This document shows, in pieces, positions 12,601 through 23,300 of a DNA stretch of 64,000 bases (positions are counted from its first letter, which is position 1; the number at the start of each line of letters is the position of its first letter). This DNA comes from Phyllobates terribilis. Lineage: Eukaryota. The stretch covers positions 424,514,001 through 424,578,000 of the forward strand of contig NW_027362761.1 in NCBI RefSeq assembly GCF_046119375.1. The letters are read 5' to 3'. Under the pieces are notes generated by a model. That model did no database searches and was not told where the DNA came from. It saw nothing but the letters and a program-made list of their open reading frames with translations. Both the position numbers and the translations under genes were made by a program.

Positions 12601-12956
12601 GCCATAAAATATGGTATATTGGTCATTGTGTCTCTATATTTCTGATATCACTATATAGTTAGGATACCCCCCCATAATTAGGACAACCTAAAGTTATGCA
12701 GAACTCAAAGCAAGAGCTACTACTATGTGTTCTGGAGGTCAGTCCGCAACCATTGACATTAGTCAACACCCACTGAGTTTTTGGATGCTCTGTATTGCTT
12801 CTTTTTTCTCTATAATCAGGTCCCCCAAACGTCCCCCAATTGCCATTGTAAGGTTAAATTGGCCATTTAATGCATAACATCAAAGTCCCTGATGTCTTAC
12901 ACAAATGTTTCTTTGTTTAGAAAAAAAAAAATTTTTTAAAAGTGCAGCTAATAAAA

Positions 12957-13163
12957 AAAAACACAAAATTTGAGTTTAGTTTACGTTGGTATACATGCAG
13001 CACATAAATGCATGTTTCACAATGGCCATGAATCAGAAAAACCTACAAGAAGCAAAATGAACAAAAACCCTGCTGTAAATAAATAAAAAGCATGTCCATT
13101 GAAACATGCATTTATGTGCTGCATGTATACCAACTTAAACCAAGCTCAAATTTTGTGTTTTTT
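12957..13163. repeat. Hairpin inverted repeat (about 63-bp arms, about 80-bp spacer), MITE-like
   Basis: AAAACACAAAATTTGAG...GCATGTTTCA and its reverse complement TGAAACATGC...CTCAAATTTTGTGTTTT. Confidence 0.7.
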
Positions 13164-13439
13164 CTTTGTATTTTTTGCATTCTGTGCAAACCTGGGTGTG
13201 GCCTCCCTTCCTAGAGCAGGATAATACATTTAAACCTTCCCTAGGCTGGTGTTCTCAGTTTGGGACTCAGTCCTTTGTCTGCCCTTATTCACACATTGAG
13301 GTCAACTTTGACACATGATAAGGTTTTAATTATTAGACAGTGAAGGACCGTCCCGACCGGGTTCACCTTGTCGATGGTGGGATGGCGTATATACTATTTT
13401 TATCAAAAACAGTATTACTAAGAACCCTATTTTATTTAA

Positions 13440-14730
13440 CCCCTTTCTGACAAGGTCAGTAATAGTACGCACCTGGTCGGAAAGGCCGGTTCAGCGGGGG
13501 CTCCGGCGCTGAGCCCGCACTGAACCGGGCACATGTCAGCTGATTCTTACAGCTGACATGTGCCCGCAACAGCTGCGGGTGGAATCGAGATCCACCCGCG
13601 GCTGTTAACATGTTAAATGCCGCTGTCAATCTCTGACAGCGGCATTTAACTCGCGCTTCCGGGAAGCGCGTCCTAAGCCCCGCCCATCGGTGACCCCGTC
13701 ACGTGATCGCGAGTCATCGATGGGTGGGCATGACAACCCAGGGTCTGCAGCAGACCCCTGTGGTTGTCATGTCTCAATTGCTATGAGCGCCACCTAGTGG
13801 TCGGCGCTCATGGCACACGAGCATTTCTGCTGCATACAAGCGATCTGCTCATCGTCTGTATGCAGTAGAAGCAATCAGACAACTGCTGCTTCTAGTCTCC
13901 TATGGAGACTATTGAAGCATGCAGTAAGTGTAAAAAAAATGTTTTAAAAATATTAAAAAGATAAAAAAAATATAAAAGTTTAAATCACCCCCCTTTCGCC
14001 CTATTCAAAAATTCAAAATAAAATAAATTAAAAAAAACAATCACATACACATATTTGGTATCGCTGAGTTCAGAATCGCCCGATCTATCAATATAAAAGA
14101 AGAATTAATCCGATCGGTAAACGGCGTAACGAGAAAAAAATTCTAAACGCCAGATTTACGTTTTTTTGGTCGCTGCAACATTGCAATAAAATGCAATAAC
14201 GGGCTATCAAAACATCGGATCTACCCCAAAATAGTATCAATAAAAATGTCAGCCCGGCATGCAAAAAACAAGCCCTCACCCGGCCCCAGATCCCGAAAAA
14301 TGGAGACGCTACGGGTCTTGGAAAATGGCGTCTTTTTTTTTCTTTTTTTTTTAAGCAAACTTTGGATTTTTTTTCACCACTTAAATAAAAAGAACCTGTA
14401 CATGTTTGGTGTCTATGAACTCGTAATGACCTGGAGAATAATGATGGCAAGTCAGTTTTAGCAATCAGTGAACGTGGTAAAAAAAGGACCCAAAAAACAA
14501 CTGTGGAATTGCATTTTTTTTGCAATTTCACCGCACTTGGAATTTTTTTCCCGTTTTCCAGCACATGATATGGTAAAACCAGTGATGGCGTTTAAAAGTT
14601 CAACTCGTCCGGCAAAAAATAATCCCTAGTATGGCCATATTGAACGAAAATTAAAAAAGTTCTGGCTCTGGGAAGAAGGGGAGCAAAAAATGAAAACACA
14701 AAAACAGAAAGACCCATGGTCGTTAAGGGG
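13440..14730. mobile_element. Non-autonomous piggyBac-like DNA transposon
   Basis: TTAA|CCCCTT ... AAGGGG|TTAA termini, TTAA target duplication, no ORF. Confidence 0.65.
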
Positions 14731-15050
14731 TTAAATGCACTTGCTTTTTATTTATTTACAGCAGTGTTTTTGATCATTTTGCTTCTTGTAGGTTATACTA
14801 ATTAGCCTGAACTTGTCCAGACTGGCTTCTTGTGCCCTTCTAGCCGTGATTGACATCCTTTCCTGCTGCGAATGTTATTTAGCACCACTGCGGCTTCCTG
14901 GACATGCGCAGATGAAGCCATGCAGGTTGCACACGGGTCGACTATGCATGCTTGGATGGTATGCTGTGCATTTGCACAGTGCTGGAATGAAGTGTTCTGC
15001 AGGTAAGGATGGGTGAAGTCATGAAAAACTAGTCCTGGCTAATTAGGATA

Positions 15051-15386
15051 GGGGTCCGTGCCCACGATGCGTTTTTCAAGCGTTAATTTGTGCTTGGGAA
15101 ACACTTGGTAATACTTCCCCCATTGTCCCCAATGAAATTCCGCACTTTCAATGCCCATGCTGAGGATTTTTCCACAGCGTTTTTGATGCGCTCAAAAATC
15201 CGCAGCATGTCCATTATTTGTGCATTTACGCATGCCATCTACAATGCATTAGAAAACGCAAGGCAATTCCGCATGTGCAAAACGCGCGAAAAACGTGTCA
15301 AATTCCGCACGCGTTTTTCCGGGCAAGGAGATGCAGAAATGAAGCAGAAATTTTCTGCTTCATTTCTGCACTGTGAGCACATAGCC
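15051..15386. mobile_element. PIF/Harbinger-like MITE (same family as 58228-58601)
   Basis: GTGCCCACGATGCGTTTTTCAAGCG...CACATAGCC|TAA; internal similarity to 58228-58601. Confidence 0.55.
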
Positions 15387-15679
15387 TAAGACGTGCTGCA
15401 CTTTTAAAGTTCTTTTCTAATAATAAGGAAATATTTGTGTACATTGTATTGGACATCAATGCAATGTAATAATAGGCAGTTTATCCTCATGTTGGTGGCT
15501 TGGGAGGCTTGGTGGACACAACAAGTTTCCTTTACAGGGGCTTTCCCAGACATTTAAATCTTGTCAGGGATTGTGACAAGCTCAATCCTTACAGTATGTA
15601 TTGTATACTACTCATAGTCAGGTTTCCCACTCCCGGCACTCTTATTTGAAGCCAATAAGAAAACTGCAAGATAAATAGT

Positions 15680-16140
15680 TGTTTTCTTTTGGTTTTCTTT
15701 AATGGCCTTCGGCTTGATCTCGAGCCATGGCAACTTGATGGATAAACGATCTGTAGGAAGATCGATCTTGTGAAAGCCTAGATAGGTCCACCAGGGTCTT
15801 CTCTGCCATTATCTTGTTAGTATAAAGCCATCAGGTTGCTGGTCTTCCTCTTCGCCTTGTACTTTATATTCTTCCTACCATGAAGTCCTGCAGTGATTGC
15901 TCTCTTTGTATGATGTGTCCAAAACAGGGAAAGTCGTAACTTGGTGATCCTTGCTTTGAGTGACATGTCTGTCTTGATTTGTTCCAAAATTGATTTTTTG
16001 TTCATCTTGCCATCCATAGTATTGATAACATCCTTCTCCAGCACTACATTTCGAAGACGTCAATTTTTTTTCTGTCTTGTTTCTTTATCGTCCAGGTTTC
16101 ATCCACATGTAAACCGGTCAGTACATGATCATAAAAATGG
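15680..16140 (-). mobile_element. RTE-clade LINE, 5'-truncated 3' fragment (decayed RT C-terminus)
   Basis: Frameshifted translation ETWTIKKQDRKK...FEM*CWRRML...SLKARITKLRLS-FGHII...RRRGRP matches the remembered RTE C-terminal consensus; simple-repeat tail. Confidence 0.7.
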
Positions 16141-17141
16141 CATGTTACAAGCACCGGGTGTTTTAAGTAGAACATAATCCTAAAACTTTGTACATTGCAC
16201 AATGTTAGGTTTCAGTAAGTTGCAAATTTTATACATGTCCTGGACAACCACTTTAAAAGTGGACATTTATGTGGGACAAAAAAAAATCTATTGGGGATTT
16301 TACAGCAAGATCCATGTGTTATACGTGCAGATTTTGCTATGAATTAGACACTGATTTTACTATGTGTCTTGCAATGAGTAAATTTCATAATAAAAATATG
16401 CAGTATGAAATTACTTGATGTGAGTTTGAAATCCACATGTCGAATTAAGCGGGAATATTTTCCTGCAGTGCATGGATGAGAGTTAATCAAATCTCAACCA
16501 TGTTGCTACGACTGTGATACACAGGAGACTTTCTGTCTGCAAATGTAGAATGTAGCCTGAGACTAAACATGACAATAAATAGGATTAGAGAATATGTCCT
16601 TTGACAAGTGATCAACTTTTTCCAATATAATAAAGAACTATTTAACAGGAGCTTAAACTTGTTTGGGGGAACAAGGTGTCTGATCTGGCAGTGTGATGGT
16701 ATAGAGCAGAAGGAGCTGATCAGATTGACCGTTTTGTGAGAAAAGATTTACTACTGACAGCTGTCAATCAAGCAGTCTCTCCTCCCACTAGACCACTATG
16801 CTGAGGATCAGCAGAGAGTTAAAGTGAGTCTGTCAATCCCAATACTCAAATTAAACCATCTATTTATATACAGAACTTAGCCCCTATAAAACTCATACTT
16901 GTGGTTCAGATTATAATTATTTTGTTTTATGTAAAATCAGTTTTATTACATATGTAAATGAAGGGGCTTCAGTGCACCCTTAGGGAGGCGAAGTGCTGGG
17001 TGCACCGTTCCGCCCCCTCAATTTCCATCCTCTTCCTGTCCCTTTCTGATGATTGACAACACTCCACACAATGTTAGTATGTGCGGACGCCCACTGAAAC
17101 CCCCTTGTATTGTCTACAACTCGCTAATTACGGGATTGCAG

Positions 17142-17594
17142 TGTTATAGCAGAAGATGGAGTCCCTCAAGTTTAAAGGCCCCATCTATGCTATATAAGTC
17201 TGACAGTTATTTTAGGTAAAAAAACAGCAAGCTGAAATGTTCCTTCTTGTATCAATAGCGTGTCCTTGCTAAAAAGATAACGTGTTCTCCCTGGCCAGAT
17301 GTTTCTTCTTGTAGCAATAATGTGTTCTTGCAAGAAGATAAAATGGCCTTGCTAACCAGATAAGTCTAATTAAATATTTTAAAGCATACAGAAACTAGCT
17401 TTTTTCGCTTGTTCAGCTAAACTGTATAATCGAACCATATATGGAAAATCCGTTTCCTGCCTTCAGGGTGTATATTAGCCCTGTGTTTTGTAATAAAGGT
17501 TAGAGTATGTTTAGACACAAACATCCTGTCCTGTGTCTTCTTCTTTCCGATATCGTAATCCAAAGGATAGAAGACCAAGAATGCAGTGACGACA
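17142..17594 (+). repeat. Putative ERV 5' LTR (left boundary uncertain)
   Basis: TGTTAT...ACGACA termini; AATAAA near 17492 followed by a GT/T-rich tract; directly precedes the PBS. No second LTR is available to confirm it. Confidence 0.5.
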
Positions 17595-17596
17595 GC

Positions 17597-17615
17597 TGGC
17601 GCCTCAAACAGGGAC
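17597..17615 (+). other. ERV primer binding site, degenerate tRNA-Lys(UUU) type
   Basis: TGGCGCCTCAAACAGGGAC versus the canonical Lys3 PBS TGGCGCCCGAACAGGGAC; 2 nt after the LTR-terminal CA. Confidence 0.7.
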
Positions 17616-17956
17616 CTTGAGTTAATCTACCCAGGGGTGCTCGACCGGTCCGAGACGTGGGACGAGTGAAGCTCTCTGTTGGTGATATATACAGCGCTGA
17701 GGTAAGAATAACTGTTATATTCTACCTAATTATATCACTGCATAGAAGAGACTCCCTCACCCCCGAGCGGTCGGCTCCCCAGGTAATTCACAGATTGTTG
17801 TCTGGCTCAGGTCCCTTTGAACCAGTAGAATCCCCTCAGATCAGTCCTGCCTTCTATCCTTTGGAGAATTTAAGAATGAAAGTATGGATCCGATGATTGT
17901 GTTGTGGATGTGTCCCGGGATTGATGTTTTTGGTCTGTTTTTCTGGCTGGCGTATA

Positions 17957-18951
17957 TGTGGCACCCCAGGGGTCTGGTTTCCACAGTAACAAGCAATGTT
18001 ATGTCTGAGAGCAGGTGGGAGGTCTCTTGGTCAGGGATCCTGTGCATGCCACACCTCCTGCCCAGTCCTGGGAGGGGAAGAACTTCCCCTATATAAACCT
18101 AGGGCTGAGGCAGGGTTAGTGAGTAGAGAAGAAGTAGAGACAGAGAAGCAGATATAGGAAAAGAACATCAGGAGCTCTGTGGGAGCAGTACTACAAGGAG
18201 TCAGGGGCTGGCAGCTGCAGAGCTCGCCCTGACTGGAAAGTTATCACCGGACCCGGAGTCCGAGGCTGTGGGGACTAACTCCTATCCAGCAGCAGAAACC
18301 GACCGGCAGGGGATTGCAGGTCCTCTGGCCCAGAAACCCGAAGGCACGGTCACACGCGTGGGACCAGCACCGCCGTCGTGGAGCGGAAGCTACTAGAAGG
18401 CCCCGAGTCACCGGCCATACGGGTGAGCACCACACGGTACACTCAGGGACGTGGGCTACTTATACCCGCCTCTAGCAAGGTAGCCGGAAGAGTATCGTTA
18501 GTTTGGGAGGCCTACAACTCCGCCTGGCCAGGGGAGATCCCATCTGCTCAAGGACTGACGAGGCCCCAATCGCTAGCCAGTACTCCGGGAGGGTCTATCT
18601 TTGTCACCAGTAAAGACCCTGAACTACACCGTACCGTCTCCGAGTGGTTCCTGCTACCCCCATCATCCACGTCGGCTGCCCTGAGGCCATACCCCTCCCG
18701 TTGGGGGTTATACTATCACGCTGCACAATCCTACCACTGGCCTCAGCGGTCTGCCCTGCAGCGGCAGCTCCTTAGCTGTACTCAACGGGTGGCGTAGTCG
18801 TCCAACATCTACCGCTAATACAGCGCCACTTAGTCTGACTCCCTGGGCACGGACCGGATCACCGCCACGAGACTACAACCCTCAAGGGATCCGGCTCCGG
18901 GTAAGCTCCCGCGTGCGCAACGCAGCGCGACACAGGCCCAGGGGCGCGTCA
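17957..18951 (+). repeat. 5' LTR (TATATAAA at 18090, AGTAAA candidate polyA signal at 18609)
   Basis: TGTGGCACCCC...GCGCGTCA; five substitutions seen against the 3' LTR. Confidence 0.95.
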
Positions 18952-18956
18952 ACTTT

Positions 18957-18976
18957 TGGCGTAGTCGGCAGGATTC
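18957..18976 (+). other. Primer binding site, tRNA-Ser (AGA/TGA type)
   Basis: TGGCGTAGTCGGCAGGATTC, 5 nt after the LTR. Confidence 0.88.
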
Positions 18977-19401
18977 CGTGCCCGCAACCACCGGGTACTG
19001 CGTGCCTGGAAAAAAAAAAAAAGAGACTTTTAAACTTACCATCGGTGAAGATTCCCGCCATCCGGCGCCATCTTCAGCCTTCTTCCCGCCATCGGTGAAG
19101 ATTCCCGCCATCCGGCGCCATTTTCAGCCTTCTTCCCGCCTTCCGTGGAGTTTTCCCGCCGTTGGACGCCATCTTGAAGACGCCGCGCGGGAAGAAAAGG
19201 GGCGTGGACTCCGAAAGCGCGCGAGAACTGAAGCCCCGCCTCACGTCCGGACGTTGCGTAAGGTCCTGGAAGGAGCCCAGCAGACGCCGACGTCACAGGA
19301 GCGCGACGGAAGGTCCTCAACCCTGACGATCCACTGCGGAGCCGCGGCCTACGGAAGAGGATCATCGCAAGGTAGGCCACGGTCCACTAGGGGGGAGAAG
19401 G

Positions 19402-20382
19402 ATGTCGGATAAGGAGGAGAGCTTCACCGCTTCAACCCCCGCCAGCGCCACCGCTGTTGCGGTCATGCCTTTCACCATGCCCTATATCCCGGGGGCAGCC
19501 TGGCTACCCCAGTACTCAGGGGAGTCACATACCCTGCATGACTTTAGAGAAAAGCTGGATAGCCTCTTCCAGGTGTACCCCCTCACAGAGGAGCAAAAAG
19601 TGAGCATCCTGGTGGCCCAATTAACCGGGGCAGCCCAAAGGGAGGTAAAGTCCTGGCCACCTGGGGGGAGGACTGTCGCAGGGATACTAACCCGGCTGAG
19701 GGACACCTTTGATACCCGCACCTCAGCCGAGATCAAGCTTAGATTCTACGGGTGCAAACAGCGGGCACATGAGAGTATAAGGGACTATGCCCTGAACCTA
19801 CAAGAGGCCCTGAGAGCCATTAAGCAGACCGACCCTGACGGCGTGGGAGACGAGGACAGGCTGTTGACTGAACAATTTATAGAGGGTTTATATTGCAATG
19901 CCCACCGAACCCAGTTGCGGGCAATGGCCTTACAGGACCCTCATCTGGGATTTGCACAGTTCAAGGACAGAGCCATCCGGGTGCTTCGAGAACCGGCACC
20001 AGGTGGCGTTGTGACCCCCAGACGCCCCACTGCCACTTACCACCAGGAGGCGGCGCCCTTGTCGGCAGGGCCTGTGGGGGCTGATGCGCAGGCTTTGAAC
20101 AATGACCCGGCTCCAGACCTGCACCATCAGGTCCAAGAGCTAGCTAAAAGCGTTGCTGCGCTAACCCGAACTGTGCAGTTTTTACAGGTTTCCACTCCAG
20201 GGAAGATCCAGCTGGCATCCGGACCGGAGGACATCCCGTGGAGTCGACCAAGGAGGACCCCACCGGCCAGAGGAAGACCCAGCGACCGATACAACGAGGA
20301 CGGACGACCCATCTGCCGCCGCTGCAATCAACCCGGACATATGGCAAGGTACTGTCCTTTAAACTGGCACAACCTGGGGTAG
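19402..20382 (+). CDS. gag: Gypsy Gag (capsid plus CCHC nucleocapsid), 326 aa
   Basis: Intact ATG-to-TAG ORF; capsid-like KQRAHESIRDYALNLQEAL; zinc knuckle CRRCNQPGHMARYC. Confidence 0.93.
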   Translation: MSDKEESFTASTPASATAVAVMPFTMPYIPGAAWLPQYSGESHTLHDFREKLDSLFQVYPLTEEQKVSILVAQLTGAAQREVKSWPPGGRTVAGILTRLRDTFDTRTSAEIKLRFYGCKQRAHESIRDYALNLQEALRAIKQTDPDGVGDEDRLLTEQFIEGLYCNAHRTQLRAMALQDPHLGFAQFKDRAIRVLREPAPGGVVTPRRPTATYHQEAAPLSAGPVGADAQALNNDPAPDLHHQVQELAKSVAALTRTVQFLQVSTPGKIQLASGPEDIPWSRPRRTPPARGRPSDRYNEDGRPICRRCNQPGHMARYCPLNWHNLG

Positions 20383-23300
20383 AGGGCCAACCCCCAGGAA
20401 AAAGATCACCAGGCCCATCGAACTGGCGCGACAAATATGTGGGAGGACGTCCAGTCTTACCCGTGGTACTGGATGGCATTCCTATGAGTGCCCTACTGGA
20501 CACCGGGTCACAGGTCACCACCATCCCGTACGTGCTCTTCAAGCAGTACTGGAATGACTCGGATATCACCCGCTACCCTGACGACGACTTGAGTATCATC
20601 GCCAGCAATGGTCAGCCCGTGCCACAGATTGGATTTAAAGAGGTGACCATTAAAATCGGTAGAGTCGAACTGGCAGCACAGGGACTGATCATTGTAGACA
20701 TTGACAAACACGAGAGTCACCCAAAGATAACTCTAGGAACTAATGTAATTGAAAATTGTCTTGCAGAGGTGATTTTCCTTTTACAGCAGGTTGCCAAGAA
20801 CGCCAGCTCCGGCCAGCAGCGAGTGCTCCAGAAAGAGATCCGGGCACTGATGCGACGGCAACAGCTAGAACTCTCCGGTGGTGAGATTGGTAGCGTGCGA
20901 ATGTGTGACCCTTTCCCTATTGCCATGCCCCCGAAAAGTGAAATGATGATTTGGTGCCGGGCAGCTATTGGTCTGAGAGGTAGAGATTACCAGGCAATGG
21001 TAGAACCAGTTTACTCAGACAGTAGGCCCACCATTTTGACAGCACGGGGGGTGGTCAATGTACGCCATGGGAGGGTGCCCGTTCGCATAATAAATATCGG
21101 GAAGAGGGAAGTGTACCTGCCCCGGTATGCCACGCTAGCCAAATTGTATACCATCAATCAAGATTCCATACAGTCCGTAGAACCCTTGCCTCCATCTTCC
21201 CCGGAGGAAGGTAACGGCTCTCAGAAAACAATGGAGGACTGGTGTCAGCAACTACATTTGGGTACTGACTCCACTCCCTCACACCAGAAACAGGGAGTCT
21301 ATCGGGTGGTTCAAGAGTACGAGAGAGTGTTTAGTAAACACCCGTTAGACTTCGGGCGAGTCAAGGGGGTAGAACACCACATCCCCACGGGAGACCATCC
21401 TCCCATAAAAGAGAGGTATCGACCCGTACCCCCTGCACACTACCAACACGCCAAGGGGATGCTTAGAGACATGAAGGAGGCTGGGGTGATCAGGGATAGC
21501 TGTAGCCCCTGGGCAGCTCCACTAGTCTTAGTCAAAAAGAAAGACAACACCATGAGGATGTGTGTAGATTACCGGAGAATCAACCGTATCACACACAAGG
21601 ATGCGTACCCCTTACCAAGGATAGAGGAGTCTTTGGCTGCTTTAAGATCTGCTAACTTCTTCTCTACCTTGGATCTCACTAGTGGGTACTGGCAGGTTCC
21701 TGTAGCAGAGGCGGACCGGGAGAAGACCGCATTCACCACCCCGATGGGACTTAGCGAGTTTACCTGCATGCCGTTCGGACTCTGCAACGCACCAGGAACC
21801 TTCCAACGATTAATGGAGTGCTGTCTGGGCCACAGAAACTTCGAGACGGTCCTGCTGTACCTGGACGATGTCATCGTATATTCCAAGACGTATGAGGACC
21901 ACCTGAAACACCTGGCGGAAGTGTTCGAAGCTCTGGCAAGCTACGGCCTAAAGGTGAAACCCTCCAAGTGTCACCTCCTGAAACCAAAGGTGCAGTACCT
22001 GGGACACGTGGTGAGCGCTGATGGAGTGGCTCCCGACCCTGATAAGATCACCGCAATTAAGGAATGGCCAAGTCCCTCCAGTGTAAAGGAAGTGCGGCAG
22101 TTCCTCGGGTTGGTAGGCTATTACCGCAGATTCATCCCCGGTTTCACCAAAAAGGCAGCTCCTATGCAGGACCTCCTGATAGGCCAGTCCCGGAAGGCCA
22201 AGAACCAGAAGCCGCCCTTCAAATGGGAGAAGTTAGAAGAAGAGTCCTTCCGCCAGCTGAAGATGGCCCTCACGGGGGATGAAATCCTGGCGTACCCTGA
22301 TTACAGCCAGCCCTTTATCCTCTACACCGACGCAAGTAACATCGGGCTAGGAGCCGTACTGTCCCAGATCCAGCAGGGGAAAGAACGAGTAATCGCTTAC
22401 GCTAGCCGAAAACTGCGACCCACCGAAAGAAACCCTGAGAATTACAGCTCATTTAAGCTAGAGTTCCTGGCAGTGGTGTGGGCAGTCACCGAACGCTTTA
22501 AGCACTACCTCGCTTCTTCCCGGTTCACCGTGTACACGGATAACAACCCGTTGACACACCTGGACACGGCAAGACTCGGTGCCCTAGAGCAGAGATGGAT
22601 GGCCCGTCTGTCCAACTACGAGTTCACAATCAAATACCGGGCAGGACGCTCCAATACCAACGCGGACGCCCTGTCCAGGATGCCAAACCTACCGGACGAA
22701 GGAGAAGATCCAGAGGGACTGGAAGAAGTCGAACTCCCCGCGTTCCACCGTCGTGGGACTATCCAGTATTCCCATCGGGTAAGGAGTAAGCAAGCCGCTA
22801 CGTTTAACCCCTTGCCTCACTACAACTGGGAGGAAACGCAAGACAGTGACCCTGCCGTCCGGCTGGTGAAGGAGATGCTGACTCGGCCAGAGGCTCGCCT
22901 TGACCCAGACGCTCCGGAGGAAGCCAAGCAACTGTGGGCTGAGAAGAGTCGACTGTTCCTTTACAAGGGGAAGTTGTGCCGCAGAATGGTTAACTCCCGG
23001 ACGCATGAACTAATCTGGCAAGTAGTGGTGCCACGGAGAGACGCAGCCATGGTGATGGAAGCATACCACGACGGGGCTGGACACTTCGGATGGAAGAAGC
23101 TGGAGTTCCTGCTGCGTGGGCGGTTCCACTGGGTAGGCATGAGGGGAACCATCGAGAGGTGGTGCAGAGACTGTGGCCCGTGCAACCTAAGAAGGAAGGA
23201 CCGTGCCAGCCAGAAGACTCCCCTGCAGTCCATCGTCACCCGGCAGCCGTTGGAACTGGTAGCCTTGGATCATGTAAAACTGACCCCAAGCAGAAGTGGC

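Noticed and set aside
18378-18797. 139-aa ORF present in all three family A LTRs (also 5527..5946 and 25277..25696), with RVA*-ending ORFs in families B and C
   Set aside because: No ATG start. The copies are too similar to show selection. Homologous nucleotides are read in a different frame in A than in B and C, and the shared stop is simply the TAG of the PBS-like motif.
18957-18976. tRNA genes at the tRNA-complementary matches
   Set aside because: Matches are at most 25 nt and lie next to LTR ends; they are PBSs, with no cloverleaf.
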